Shown here: piece after piece, positions 9,741 through 19,529 of the stretch
Position numbering within the stretch: position 1 is the first letter of the stretch
Layout of the letters: each line of letters opens with the position of its first letter
From: Thermoplasmata archaeon
GTDB taxonomy: Archaea; Thermoplasmatota; Thermoplasmata; RBG-16-68-12; JAFNFQ01
DNA: 64,000 nucleotides
NCBI GenBank assembly: GCA_041489255.1
Contig: JBGPQV010000004.1
Coordinates: 1-64,000, forward strand
Direction of reading: 5' to 3'
Notes under the pieces: model-generated
The model's database searches: none
Told to the model about the DNA's origin: nothing
Seen by the model: the letters and a program-made list of their open reading frames with translations, nothing else
Translations under genes and position numbers: made by a program

Positions 9741-12700
9741 CTACTGATCATCAGTGCCCTCGGGCCGATCTCCCGTTTCAGCCTCCAGTGCCTCGGTCTT
9801 CAGCACCCTCGCAATCGCGACTACCAGTCCCGCGATCAATATCGCCATGTCGACGCCAGTCCCGAGACCTGCCAATGGCGGTACGGAAAGTTGACCAGTG
9901 GCGAACGACACGACTCCCGTGACAGCCTCGGCCAGGACGAATGGCATCGACACGATCATGAACGCCTTCGTCACCGCCATCTTGTCCTTCCCTCCCTTCC
10001 ATGGTCTCTTCTTCGACGACCACAGCCCCACAACCGCCAATATGGCCGCGAAGACGAGAGCGACAATCGGCTTGTAGTTCACCGCAACCTCTGACGGTGG
10101 CGGCTGCCCACTCACCGCAACCACCAGCCACCTCACCCTCTCCGTGTTGTTCAGCATGTCGTTGGAGTAGTAGGAGATGTTGTGCACTCCCTCTGGAAGT
10201 GTGAAGCCGCCAATGTAGCCTGTCCAGTTCCCGCCATCGATCCTGTAGCGGGTGATGTTTACTCCGCTTCCCGCGTCTGAGAAGGCGAGGGCGAACACGG
10301 TGTCGGGAGTGTATGGTCCGTTGGCGGGGGAAATTGTCGTGACCGGTGGCGAGTTGTCAAGGGTAAGCGTCTGATTCTGGATAACCTCCATGCTTCCGAG
10401 GAAATCACAAGAGAGGAACTCGACGAACCATGTCCCATCACTGCCAGAGAGGGTGAAGGATGTCGTGGATGCCCGCCATCGGGACCACGTCCCATTCCAG
10501 AGACGGTAGAACGTCGAGTTGGATCCAACCCCGCCATCAGCCGCGGAGAGCGCGAGTGGAGTCGCGGATCTGACAAAGCTCCCTTCAACCAGGTATATGG
10601 GCTCACCGATTGAAAGCACAGAGACCGGTGGGGCATCGTCCACCCATATCTCCCTGCCATTGATCTCCTCCACGTTGCTCGCATTGTCCCTGGAACGCCA
10701 CTCGAGCAGGTGCATTCCCTCGTCCTGGAGGAAGAACGAAGACGTGTAGTTCGTCCATATACCTCCGTCGACCCTGTACCTCGTGTAGTTGATCCCCGAG
10801 CCGCTCTGGTCGACGACCGAGAAGTCGAGGGGAGTCGACGACTTGACGTAGGTCACCGGATTGGAGTAGTTCGGAGAGCCGATGACGAGCGAGGTGACCG
10901 GTCCCGTGACTACCTCAACCGTCCACACGAATAGGTTGTTGTTCTCGTTCCACTCGGTCACGTTGTTCTCATAGTCCACGTCTGCGACGAGGTGATGGGT
11001 GCCGGGATTGGCGGGAGAAATCCACGTGGCGGTGAACCGGGACGATGCATTTGTTGGGTCCAGCGGGAGAAGCGAGAACTCCCCGAAGGGATAGCCCGGA
11101 AGCAGTTGGTTGTAGAAAGCGACGGTCGCATTGGACGATGGCGTGGCATTCCCCGCATTGAGCACGATGATGGAAAGCGTCAGGGAGGAGGACAGGGCGA
11201 CCTTCGCGGGCGACGACGGGTATGGCTGGCTGGGGACATAGTCCGCTCTGAGAACGCCAGGTGCAAGCACCTCATAGTCGACGCAAGCCACATTGTTGTT
11301 CTCGTTGGCCTCGGCGACGACATTGTCCGGGTCCGCGGCGACGCAGATTATGTGGTTTCCGACGCCTGAGGTGTTCCACAACATCGAGACGTTTGTTGTG
11401 CTGCCTGATGCGATGACATCCACGACCTGGTCGGGCCCTATGCGTCCGGAAGTCGGACCGCCGTCGCGGAAACTCGCGAGTGTCTGTCCCGATTGTGAGC
11501 CTCCGGAATTCCAGATCGTCGCGTTGATTGTGACGTTTGTCCCCTCGATGACGGGCGCAGTCGGGAGAAAGCTGATGTTGGAGGCGGTGAGGACGAGGTC
11601 CGGCGTCGGAGGCTTGAAGACGCGGATTGACGCGCATGCCTGGTTGTTGTTCTCATTGATTTCGTAGATCTCCTTTTCCGGGTCAACGACGACGCAAATG
11701 CTGTGCATGCCTAGGACGAGTGCCTCCCAGTCCAGTTGCGCGTAGCCGATTCCGTTGAAGTACTCTATCGTAGGTATGACGTAATCGGGCCCGATTTGGT
11801 TCGTCGGCGAAGGCACCCCGTCGTGGAATCTGACCCTGACGAGCGAAGCATTTGTGCCCCCGATGTTGTGCACGATTGCGAAGATCCCGACTAGGGTGCC
11901 GATTGGTACATTGGTGCTCGGACTAAACGCGATATAGCCCGATGTGATCATCAGATCCGGCGGATCGCCGACCGATAGAGAGGGGAATTTCGCTAGGAAG
12001 CCGTCCCACCATCCTCCGAACGTGGTGCTGAAGGCCCCAGGCGTGGTCGGGAAGGAATTCGAATTAGTCTCACCCACCACATAGAAGCCGTTCTGAGGAT
12101 CCAGGGCGATTGAGTGCGCAAGGTCCCTGTCAGCCGATGCGAGGTATGATGAGTAGACGAGGCCGTCGCCCGCCGATTTCAGCTTCGTGACGAATACATC
12201 CCAGGTGCCGCTGCACCCATGGCTGTCGTACGCCCACTTTGTCGTGGGGAAACCGCTGGAGTTGGTCTCGCCGGCCACATAGGCCACGCCATAGCCGTCC
12301 ACCGCAATCCCGCGCGCCTCATCCGAATTCGCTCCTCCCAAGAATGTTGAGTAATTGAGAGTGCCAGCAGTCATGTTCAACTTGGTCACGAACGCATCCG
12401 AACTCCCACCGTTGTACGTCTTGTCGTAGGTGCCATTGGTTACATTGAAGTCGGGCGAGGAGGTATCGCCCGCTATGTAGACGCCGCCGGACTGGTCCAC
12501 GGCAATCGAGTATCCTGCGTCCGCGCTCTCGCCGCCGAGATAGGTCGAAAAGAGCAGGTCGGAACCCGCCCGGTTGAGCTTCGTGACGAAAGCATCGCTC
12601 GATCCGTTGAGGCTCAAATCGGTGCCGTTTGTGGTGGTCGGGAAGTCGGGTGAGCGTGTTTCACCGGTGATGTATGCATTCCCGGCCTGATCGATCGCGA

Positions 12701-14147
12701 CCGCATATCCGGTATCCAGTCCCCCGCCGCCAAGGTATGTGGAATAGGCGAGCCACTCCCCCGTCCAGAACACCTTCGTCACGAAGGCATCTTTCCGATC
12801 GCCTATCTTGTCCCACGCGAAGGCGGTGACCGGAAAATTCGTCGAATACGTGTAGCCTGTCACCGTGGCGTTGCCGAAGGCATCGACTGCGATCGAGGTC
12901 GCCGAGTCGACATTGCCTCCTCCGAGGAATGAGGAGTAATTGAGAAACGACCCCGAGGCGTCGAGCTTCGTGACAAAAGCGTCTGAATTGCCGCCGTAAG
13001 TCTTCGAAAATGCCTTCGAGGTCGTCGGAAAATCCGTGGAGCTCGTCGAGCCCGCCACATAGACGTTTTTTAATGGGTCGAGCGCGATTCCGTAACCGTA
13101 ATCGATGTCGAGTCCGCCTAGGAAGGTTATGAAGAAGGGCAGGGTTCCCAACTCATTGAACTCAGCGACGAACGCGTCAAGCCCGTAGCCCATGTTCATG
13201 TCAAGGTCCGTGTCGTATGCACCGGGCGTGGCGGGGAATTCAGCAGACGATGTATACCCAGTGACATAGGCCCTGGTCATGTCGGAGGCCGTCACCGCGT
13301 ATGCCCCGTCCATGTAGCTTCCTGTCAAGTATGTCGAGTAGATCATAGGGTCGATAATGAGTGTCTTTGATACGTCGTATTCGCCGCACCGGAAACCATA
13401 GGACCTAGCTCCGCTCAAGATAAATCTGCAATCCACGCCGTTCCCAGATTCCTCATAAGAATACGGATTGGAATCCAGCACTTCTCCGAGGGCGCTGTTC
13501 ACAGCCAATCCCTCGGCATTCAATTTCATGGATTCGACGCCTTCATAGCTCACCCTTATGATGGCGGGATTCGCCCCCGGTTCTACTCTGAACTCGTACT
13601 TGACCCCGCCCTCGCCTTGGCGGTAGATGAGGTCGATTCCATCATAGAGGTCCTCGTAAATGACCTCCCTGAACCCCGGGACCCTCACCCTCCAATCGCT
13701 TGGATCATTTCCGATGAAGAAGTTGATGTCGAATTGGACCTGTTCCTTCCCAACTGGCGTAATCTCATTGGCACCCTCGAATCGCACCATATACGCGATG
13801 GATCGGATGTTCATGGCGCGTTCCGAATTACCCTCCACGACCTCGCGCAGTCTCCCCAAGCCGCCTCGGCTTTCGCTGAGCACGAACATGATCCCGTCAT
13901 CCCTGAACGCGACAGCGGGATTCCCTCGCGCGTAGTAGCGGACCTTCTGAGAAACTTGGCCCTTGTTCTCGATGAAATATGAGTTCAGGGACTGCGCGAA
14001 TCTTGCGGTGTCGCCTCCCATGGTCGATGCTGATTCCGGAATTGGGTCCATGACCTGTTTGGACTGGATTGCCGAAGGAAAGGCCGAAAGCAGCAGGAGA
14101 GCGCACAATTCAATGACTATGCCTTTGGCCGTGAAATCTCCCGCCAA
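9741..14147 (-). CDS. Membrane-anchored surface protein: SBBP beta-propeller repeats, 3x CARDB, Ig-like repeats, C-terminal 3-TM anchor (start uncertain)
   Basis: YFIENKGQ N-terminal domain, repeated YSTYLGG...DAFVTKL (SBBP) blades, E.NE.NN CARDB ends, and a NYKPIVALVF hydrophobic tail. The ORF-track start at 14414 overlaps birA, so the in-frame TTG at 14147 before a signal-like stretch was chosen. Confidence 0.8.
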   Translation of the reverse strand: MAGDFTAKGIVIELCALLLLSAFPSAIQSKQVMDPIPESASTMGGDTARFAQSLNSYFIENKGQVSQKVRYYARGNPAVAFRDDGIMFVLSESRGGLGRLREVVEGNSERAMNIRSIAYMVRFEGANEITPVGKEQVQFDINFFIGNDPSDWRVRVPGFREVIYEDLYDGIDLIYRQGEGGVKYEFRVEPGANPAIIRVSYEGVESMKLNAEGLAVNSALGEVLDSNPYSYEESGNGVDCRFILSGARSYGFRCGEYDVSKTLIIDPMIYSTYLTGSYMDGAYAVTASDMTRAYVTGYTSSAEFPATPGAYDTDLDMNMGYGLDAFVAEFNELGTLPFFITFLGGLDIDYGYGIALDPLKNVYVAGSTSSTDFPTTSKAFSKTYGGNSDAFVTKLDASGSFLNYSSFLGGGNVDSATSIAVDAFGNATVTGYTYSTNFPVTAFAWDKIGDRKDAFVTKVFWTGEWLAYSTYLGGGGLDTGYAVAIDQAGNAYITGETRSPDFPTTTNGTDLSLNGSSDAFVTKLNRAGSDLLFSTYLGGESADAGYSIAVDQSGGVYIAGDTSSPDFNVTNGTYDKTYNGGSSDAFVTKLNMTAGTLNYSTFLGGANSDEARGIAVDGYGVAYVAGETNSSGFPTTKWAYDSHGCSGTWDVFVTKLKSAGDGLVYSSYLASADRDLAHSIALDPQNGFYVVGETNSNSFPTTPGAFSTTFGGWWDGFLAKFPSLSVGDPPDLMITSGYIAFSPSTNVPIGTLVGIFAIVHNIGGTNASLVRVRFHDGVPSPTNQIGPDYVIPTIEYFNGIGYAQLDWEALVLGMHSICVVVDPEKEIYEINENNNQACASIRVFKPPTPDLVLTASNISFLPTAPVIEGTNVTINATIWNSGGSQSGQTLASFRDGGPTSGRIGPDQVVDVIASGSTTNVSMLWNTSGVGNHIICVAADPDNVVAEANENNNVACVDYEVLAPGVLRADYVPSQPYPSSPAKVALSSSLTLSIIVLNAGNATPSSNATVAFYNQLLPGYPFGEFSLLPLDPTNASSRFTATWISPANPGTHHLVADVDYENNVTEWNENNNLFVWTVEVVTGPVTSLVIGSPNYSNPVTYVKSSTPLDFSVVDQSGSGINYTRYRVDGGIWTNYTSSFFLQDEGMHLLEWRSRDNASNVEEINGREIWVDDAPPVSVLSIGEPIYLVEGSFVRSATPLALSAADGGVGSNSTFYRLWNGTWSRWRASTTSFTLSGSDGTWFVEFLSCDFLGSMEVIQNQTLTLDNSPPVTTISPANGPYTPDTVFALAFSDAGSGVNITRYRIDGGNWTGYIGGFTLPEGVHNISYYSNDMLNNTERVRWLVVAVSGQPPPSEVAVNYKPIVALVFAAILAVVGLWSSKKRPWKGGKDKMAVTKAFMIVSMPFVLAEAVTGVVSFATGQLSVPPLAGLGTGVDMAILIAGLVVAIARVLKTEALEAETGDRPEGTDDQ

Positions 14148-14271
14148 TGACGAACGGAATCTTGGCGCGCAGGACCCCCCTTGTTCTCCAGACAACAGTG
14201 TCCCTCGTATATATCTCCGTTTCCGTGGTACTTCCCAGGCGGCCCGACGCCCTGATAGTGTGACACCCTGC

Positions 14272-14997
14272 TCAGGCCGTTCTAACCAGAGTCCCCTCGA
14301 AGATATCCAGTCTCTTCCCGCCAGAATTGAGCACAAGCGCGCCGACCGGTGAGATGTCGATTGCATTTCCGCTGATTTTGCCTTTCGCTGTCTGGATGAC
14401 GACCGCTTTACCAAGTGTCGCGCACAGTCCGCGATACTCCGTCAGCAATTGCTCCGCCCCTCGCTCGATGTAGGTCGCGTAGAAGTCGTCGTATTCCCTG
14501 AGCAGGTCTGTCAGCACCGACTCGGGCTCGACATTCTTGCCCATTTCCCGTTTAAGAGATGTCGCGGTCTCTTGAATTTCCTGTGGTAACCGCCGCAAGT
14601 CCACCGTAACGTTGACTCCAATTCCGACAATCACCCAATACACTTCATGGCGGTAAACGCCCTCGCAGAGGATTCCGCATATCTTCCGTCCTTGAACGAG
14701 CACATCGTTGGGCCATTTGAGCGAAGCCTCGATCCCGAAGCCCCGCAACGTCTCCACGACAGGCAGTCCGCTCAATAGCGAGAGCAGCTGAGCGTTCCTT
14801 TCCTTCGGGGTCAAGAGTATGGAGAAGTAGAGGCCTCCGGGCGGCGACGCCCACGCTCTGCCGTAGCGCCCCCTGCCAGCTGCTTGTCTGTCGGCGAGCA
14901 CGACGGTCCCCTCCTGGATGTCCCGGTCCAGCAGCTCCTTTGCCTTGTCGTTCGTCGAGTCGACGACATCGAACCTCAGGATGTTCTTGGGGATCAT
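14272..14997 (-). CDS. birA: Biotin-protein ligase (no N-terminal HTH)
   Basis: Motifs DSTN, QAAGRGRYGRAWASP, LKWPNDV, KICGIL and GIGVNV. Confidence 0.95.
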   Translation of the reverse strand: MIPKNILRFDVVDSTNDKAKELLDRDIQEGTVVLADRQAAGRGRYGRAWASPPGGLYFSILLTPKERNAQLLSLLSGLPVVETLRGFGIEASLKWPNDVLVQGRKICGILCEGVYRHEVYWVIVGIGVNVTVDLRRLPQEIQETATSLKREMGKNVEPESVLTDLLREYDDFYATYIERGAEQLLTEYRGLCATLGKAVVIQTAKGKISGNAIDISPVGALVLNSGGKRLDIFEGTLVRTA

Positions 14998-15228
14998 GCG
15001 CTTGGATTGCATCGGTCATTGCCGAGATTGCCGGCATGTATCTATGGTTTTGCGGCAAAGGAATCTGCAGAAGAGGAAATGCACACCTATTCCGACGATC
15101 GTCATCCTTTCTATTTCGCTTGATACGATATCTTGATTATGGGTAGCCCCAAGTATCTGATGCAAGTTGGCGGTGTCGACTCATGACCTTTTCAGCGTGT
15201 CGAGGCCCAACGCGGCTTGCTGATTCTA

Positions 15229-16047
15229 TCAGAACTCGCTCAAGCTCTTCTGCATCGAACGGGAGACCGGGAACGCGACCTCGCCCAATCCAGCCATCCT
15301 CCTGAACTGATTGACGCTTGCGGGACTGAATCCGGCGTAATGGTTGTTGAGGATAACGAATGCCCGCGCGAGCTCGCTTGTGACGGACTCCAGGCGGCTA
15401 TGCCAATCCTTCATCTCTGCCGACCTGTCCTTCACTATTCTATCGAACTTGTCGATGTCCCTCCCCCCTACGAGTCGGACATAGGCGAAATCCGTTGTCA
15501 CGACGGCGGGCGTCGTCATGAATTGATTATGGGACCAGACCATGGCGACACCGTGTTCACGGAGCAGGTCGGACACATCCTCTCTGAACCATGATTGACT
15601 GCGAAACTCGATTGCGTGATGAATCTTCGGATCGAGGAGTCCAACAAATGCCTTGACAGTGTCCCAATGCTTGTCGTATCTGATCGACGGCGGGAGCTGG
15701 ACAACCAGCATCCCGAGCTTTTCTCCAAGTTCGCCCATCGACTTGTACACTCTAGCGAGGGGCTCCTCCACCTTGACGAGCTTTAGATCATGGGTGATCC
15801 GCTTGGGGAACTTGGCGGTGAAAAGGAAGCCATCGGGCACGGCTCGCCGCCAAGCGGAAACGGTGGCCTGCGATGGCAGGTTGTAGAACGAGGAGTCAAT
15901 CTCGACAAGGTCGAACGCGGTGGCGTACTGCCTGAGGTACTCGGACTTCTGTGTCCCCGGCGGGTAGAATGGGCCGACCCAGTCATCGTAGCCCCAGCCG
16001 CTGCATCCGACGCGGAGCTTGGATGCAAGACCAAGAGCCGCCTTCAT
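15229..16047 (-). CDS. DUF72 family protein with a C-terminal PIP-like motif
   Basis: Motifs GCSGWGY..W.GPFYP, VEIDSSFY, QLPPS, AIEFR..SWF and YVRL.G. The protein ends QKSLSEF. Confidence 0.9.
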   Translation of the reverse strand: MKAALGLASKLRVGCSGWGYDDWVGPFYPPGTQKSEYLRQYATAFDLVEIDSSFYNLPSQATVSAWRRAVPDGFLFTAKFPKRITHDLKLVKVEEPLARVYKSMGELGEKLGMLVVQLPPSIRYDKHWDTVKAFVGLLDPKIHHAIEFRSQSWFREDVSDLLREHGVAMVWSHNQFMTTPAVVTTDFAYVRLVGGRDIDKFDRIVKDRSAEMKDWHSRLESVTSELARAFVILNNHYAGFSPASVNQFRRMAGLGEVAFPVSRSMQKSLSEF

Positions 16048-16168
16048 CACCGCAAGTCGAAAGCAATCGTCACGGAAAAGGTTGTAGCGGAATGGCAATT
16101 AGGGCGAGCAAGCAAATGCTTATATAGAAGTCCAATTATAGCTAAGGGCACATACGGGGGCAATTTGC

Positions 16169-17818
16169 ATGATGCAAGGACAACCTGTTATCATACTGAG
16201 AGAAGGTACTGAGAGGAGTAAGGGCAAGGGAACCCAATCCAACAACATCGCGGCCGCGAGGGCGATTGCAGACGCGGTCAGGTCGGCGCTCGGCCCGAAG
16301 GGCATGGACAAGATGCTCGTCGACAGCATGGGCGAGGTGACGATCACCAACGATGGCGTGACGATTCTCAAGGAGATAGAGGTCGAGCACCCTGCCGCGA
16401 AGATGATGATCGAGGTCGCCAAGACCCAGGACGACGAGGTGGGCGACGGAACGACTTCCGCCGTGATATTGGCGGGAGACCTGCTCAAGAACGCTGAAAG
16501 CCTAATCGACCAGCAGGTGCACCCGACAGTCATAGTCAACGGATACCGGATGGCGGCGGAACAGGCCTTGCTGATGCTCGAGAAAATCGCTTTCAATGTC
16601 AAGCCCGAGGACGAGGAGGTCCTGAGGAGCATCGCGATCACGGCGATGACGGGCAAGAGCCTGGGGCACGAGAAGGACCACCTGGCCGACATGATTGTGA
16701 AGGCGACCAAGGCGGTTGCGGAGGAGAGGGACGGGAAGCTCATCGTCGACATCGACAACATACTCGTCCAGAAGAAGCAGGGCGGATCGATCAGTGACAC
16801 CGAGCTGATAAAGGGCGTCGTCCTCGACAAAGAGAGGGTACACCCGAGGATGCCCAAGTCCATCAAGGACGCGAAGATTGCGCTGATCAACAGGGCGCTT
16901 GAAATCAAGAAGACCGAGTTCGGCAGCGAGATCAAATTGCGCGACCCGTCAAAGATGCAGCTGTTCCTCAAGGAAGAGGAGAAGACGCTCAAGGCATTCG
17001 CGGACAAGATCAAGGCAGTTGGGGCGAATGTCGTGATCTGCCAGAAGGGCATCGATGACCTCACGCAGCACTACCTAGCCAAGGACGGCATCTACGCTGT
17101 CCGCAGGGCCAAGGAATCCGACATGAAGAAAATAGTGAAGGCGACAGGTGGAAAGCTGGTCACTAACTTGGATGACCTGACGGCGAAGGACCTCGGAAAC
17201 GCCGGTCTCGTCGAAGAGAGGAAGATTGGAGACGACGAGATGACCTTCGTGACCAATTGCAGGAACCCCAAGGCGGTATCGATTCTCGTCCGCGGAGGCA
17301 CAGAGCACGTCGTCGATGAACTCGAGAGGACGGTTCACGACGGGCTGAGGGCGGTAGCATGCGTCCTCGAGGACGGGAAGGCTGTCGCCGGCGGCGGTTC
17401 CGCAGAGATCGAACTCTCGCTCAGGCTCAAGGACCACGCGTCCTCGATTGGCGGGAGAGAGCAGCTCGCGATAGAGGCGTTCGCCAAGTCGATGGAGTGC
17501 ATCCCCCGCACGCTCGCAGAGAACGCCGGCCTGGATTGGATTGACACGCTAATAGACCTCAGGTCGAAGCACGAGGGCGACAAGGGCAAGGCGATAGGCA
17601 TCGACGTCTACTCCGGCAAGTCGGTCAACATGAAGACGATAAACATCGTCGAGCCGCTGAGGGTCAAGACGCAGGCGATCAAGTCTGCGACAGACGCGGC
17701 GGCGATGATCCTCCGCATCGACGACGTCATAGCGTCGAAGACGACCAAGCCGGAAGAGATGGCGGGAGCCGGTGGGCACGGACCCGGAATGGGCGGGATG
17801 CCACCCGGGATGATGTAG
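16169..17818 (+). CDS. ths: Thermosome (group II chaperonin) subunit
   Basis: Motifs LGPKGMDKML, TITNDGVTIL, GDGTTSAV and VVICQKGIDD, plus a GM-rich tail. Confidence 0.97.
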   Translation: MMQGQPVIILREGTERSKGKGTQSNNIAAARAIADAVRSALGPKGMDKMLVDSMGEVTITNDGVTILKEIEVEHPAAKMMIEVAKTQDDEVGDGTTSAVILAGDLLKNAESLIDQQVHPTVIVNGYRMAAEQALLMLEKIAFNVKPEDEEVLRSIAITAMTGKSLGHEKDHLADMIVKATKAVAEERDGKLIVDIDNILVQKKQGGSISDTELIKGVVLDKERVHPRMPKSIKDAKIALINRALEIKKTEFGSEIKLRDPSKMQLFLKEEEKTLKAFADKIKAVGANVVICQKGIDDLTQHYLAKDGIYAVRRAKESDMKKIVKATGGKLVTNLDDLTAKDLGNAGLVEERKIGDDEMTFVTNCRNPKAVSILVRGGTEHVVDELERTVHDGLRAVACVLEDGKAVAGGGSAEIELSLRLKDHASSIGGREQLAIEAFAKSMECIPRTLAENAGLDWIDTLIDLRSKHEGDKGKAIGIDVYSGKSVNMKTINIVEPLRVKTQAIKSATDAAAMILRIDDVIASKTTKPEEMAGAGGHGPGMGGMPPGMM

Positions 17819-18277
17819 TCAGTCCTCAGCGAGCACCGTTCCGAACTTCCCGCGGCTTATCTCCAGGCCGAAGTTCGACTTCCGTACATAACAGTCCAGG
17901 GCACGAACCATACGACCCATTCTGACATAGTTCTGCTCGACCAACCGCACGTCGTCGTCCCAGAGAACCAGCGTGCACCGTCCAGAGCCGTCGTCCAGCT
18001 GCACGTTCACGACGCGACCTGCCTCGCCGGTCTTCCTTACGAAGTCACGCACCGGGCTGATCGAGACGACTCTCGCCCTGACGCTGACCTCCTGTGCATC
18101 CTGAAAGTCCTTAATCTTGTTGAATGGCACGTCAAGACGGCCCATCTCGTCGAGGACCAACATCGAGGCGGTTCTCTCGTCCAACAAGCCGCCCCATTCT
18201 TCGCTCTTCATTTTCACCTTCGACCCGAACTCCTCCTTCGTCATGAGGTCCTTGACTCGTTCATGGTCCGTAGTCAT
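17819..18277 (-). CDS. Single OB-fold RPA/SSB-like protein with a short helical N-terminal domain
   Basis: VRARVVSISPVRDF...GRVVNVQLDDGSG...LVLWDD is a typical archaeal RPA OB fold. The N-terminus contains GGLLDE.TA..LV. Confidence 0.75.
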   Translation of the reverse strand: MTTDHERVKDLMTKEEFGSKVKMKSEEWGGLLDERTASMLVLDEMGRLDVPFNKIKDFQDAQEVSVRARVVSISPVRDFVRKTGEAGRVVNVQLDDGSGRCTLVLWDDDVRLVEQNYVRMGRMVRALDCYVRKSNFGLEISRGKFGTVLAED

Positions 18278-18430
18278 TGGCGTTCAAGACAAAGCGCGCG
18301 CTGGCTTAAATGTAGATGCATCTTGGATTCTGAATCGCATGCCTGGATTTCTAAACATATTTAATAGTGAGAACCCAATCGTTTCCCATACGCGGAATTG
18401 CAGACTCAGAATAAGTTACGAGGAATACAT

Positions 18431-19471
18431 ATGAGAGCGATTGTGCGCGCGAAATATGGATCACCCGATGTTCTTCATCTCGAGGAGTTTGAGAGACCGA
18501 TTCCTAAGGCCAATGAGGCCCTGGTGAAGGTCCTTGCGTCATCCTTGAATGCGGCCGACCTGGAGGACCTGAGGGGCAATCCATTTGTCCGAATCGGGGC
18601 CGCTCGAAAGCCGAGGCACAGCATACTCGGGTCCGACATAGCGGGTCGTGTAGAGGCGGTCGGCATGAACGTGAGGGAGTTCCGCCCGGGCGATGAGATA
18701 TGGGGGGATCTCTCTGCCACGTCGGGCTATGGCACCTTCGTCGAGTACGTATGCGTTCCCGAGAAGGCTTTGAGGCTGAAGCCGGCGGGTATGACATTCG
18801 AGCAGGCGGCGGCGATACCCACGGCGGCGGTGGTGGCAATGCAGAACCTTCGGGCCGCTAGACCGTCTGCGCCGGGCTTCTTCCTATCGGGTGAGGGACA
18901 GATCCAGCCAGGACAGAAGGTATTGATCAACGGCGCAGGTGGAGGAGTGGGGACGTTTGCGATTCAGATCGCTAAATCGTTCGGGGCAAAGGTGACTGGC
19001 GTGGACAGCGCGAGGAAACTGGACATGCTGCAATCGATAGGCGCAGACCATGTCATCGATTACGCCCGAGAAGATTTCACAAAGAGTGGGCAGCGCTATG
19101 ACCTGATTCTTGACATCGTGTGCAATCGCTCGATTCTCTCTTGCAGGCGCGCTCTGAGTCACAGGGGAACCTATGTCATTGTCGGAGGTTCAACACCCGC
19201 GATTCTCCAGGCCCTTCTCCTGGGGCCGTTGATCACGAATATCGGGAGAAAGAAGATGGGTCTCGCGCCGTGGAGACCTAATAGGAAAGAGGATCTGGAT
19301 TCCCTGAAGGCGCTCTTCGAGGCGGGCAAAGTGGTACCTGTCATAGACAGACGCTACCCGTTGAGCGAGGTCCCCGAAGCACTCCGATATCTGGCAGGCG
19401 GACGACAATTGGGCAAGATCGTGATAACCATGGAGAACGGTGGCGAAGCCTATCGTGGGGCCAGATCCTGA
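18431..19471 (+). CDS. NAD(P)-dependent alcohol dehydrogenase / quinone oxidoreductase (zinc-free MDR)
   Basis: Motifs YGSPDVL, ILGSDIAG.VEAVG, VLINGAGGGVGTFAIQIAK, GADHVIDY and GKIVI. Confidence 0.9.
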   Translation: MRAIVRAKYGSPDVLHLEEFERPIPKANEALVKVLASSLNAADLEDLRGNPFVRIGAARKPRHSILGSDIAGRVEAVGMNVREFRPGDEIWGDLSATSGYGTFVEYVCVPEKALRLKPAGMTFEQAAAIPTAAVVAMQNLRAARPSAPGFFLSGEGQIQPGQKVLINGAGGGVGTFAIQIAKSFGAKVTGVDSARKLDMLQSIGADHVIDYAREDFTKSGQRYDLILDIVCNRSILSCRRALSHRGTYVIVGGSTPAILQALLLGPLITNIGRKKMGLAPWRPNRKEDLDSLKALFEAGKVVPVIDRRYPLSEVPEALRYLAGGRQLGKIVITMENGGEAYRGARS

Positions 19472-19529
19472 CGCCATTTCTCATTGGATCCGCCTCGGCT
19501 GACGGTGGAAACAACCCGCCGGTTGGGTT

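Noticed and set aside
15015-15105. Possible IS110 remnant (minus strand MTIVGIGVH, resembling M..VGIDVH)
   Set aside because: Only about 9 residues match, the catalytic Asp is absent and there is no continuation.
18278-19471. ADH gene as a mobile insertion
   Set aside because: The upstream flank is AT-richer, but no terminal repeats or mobility gene are visible.
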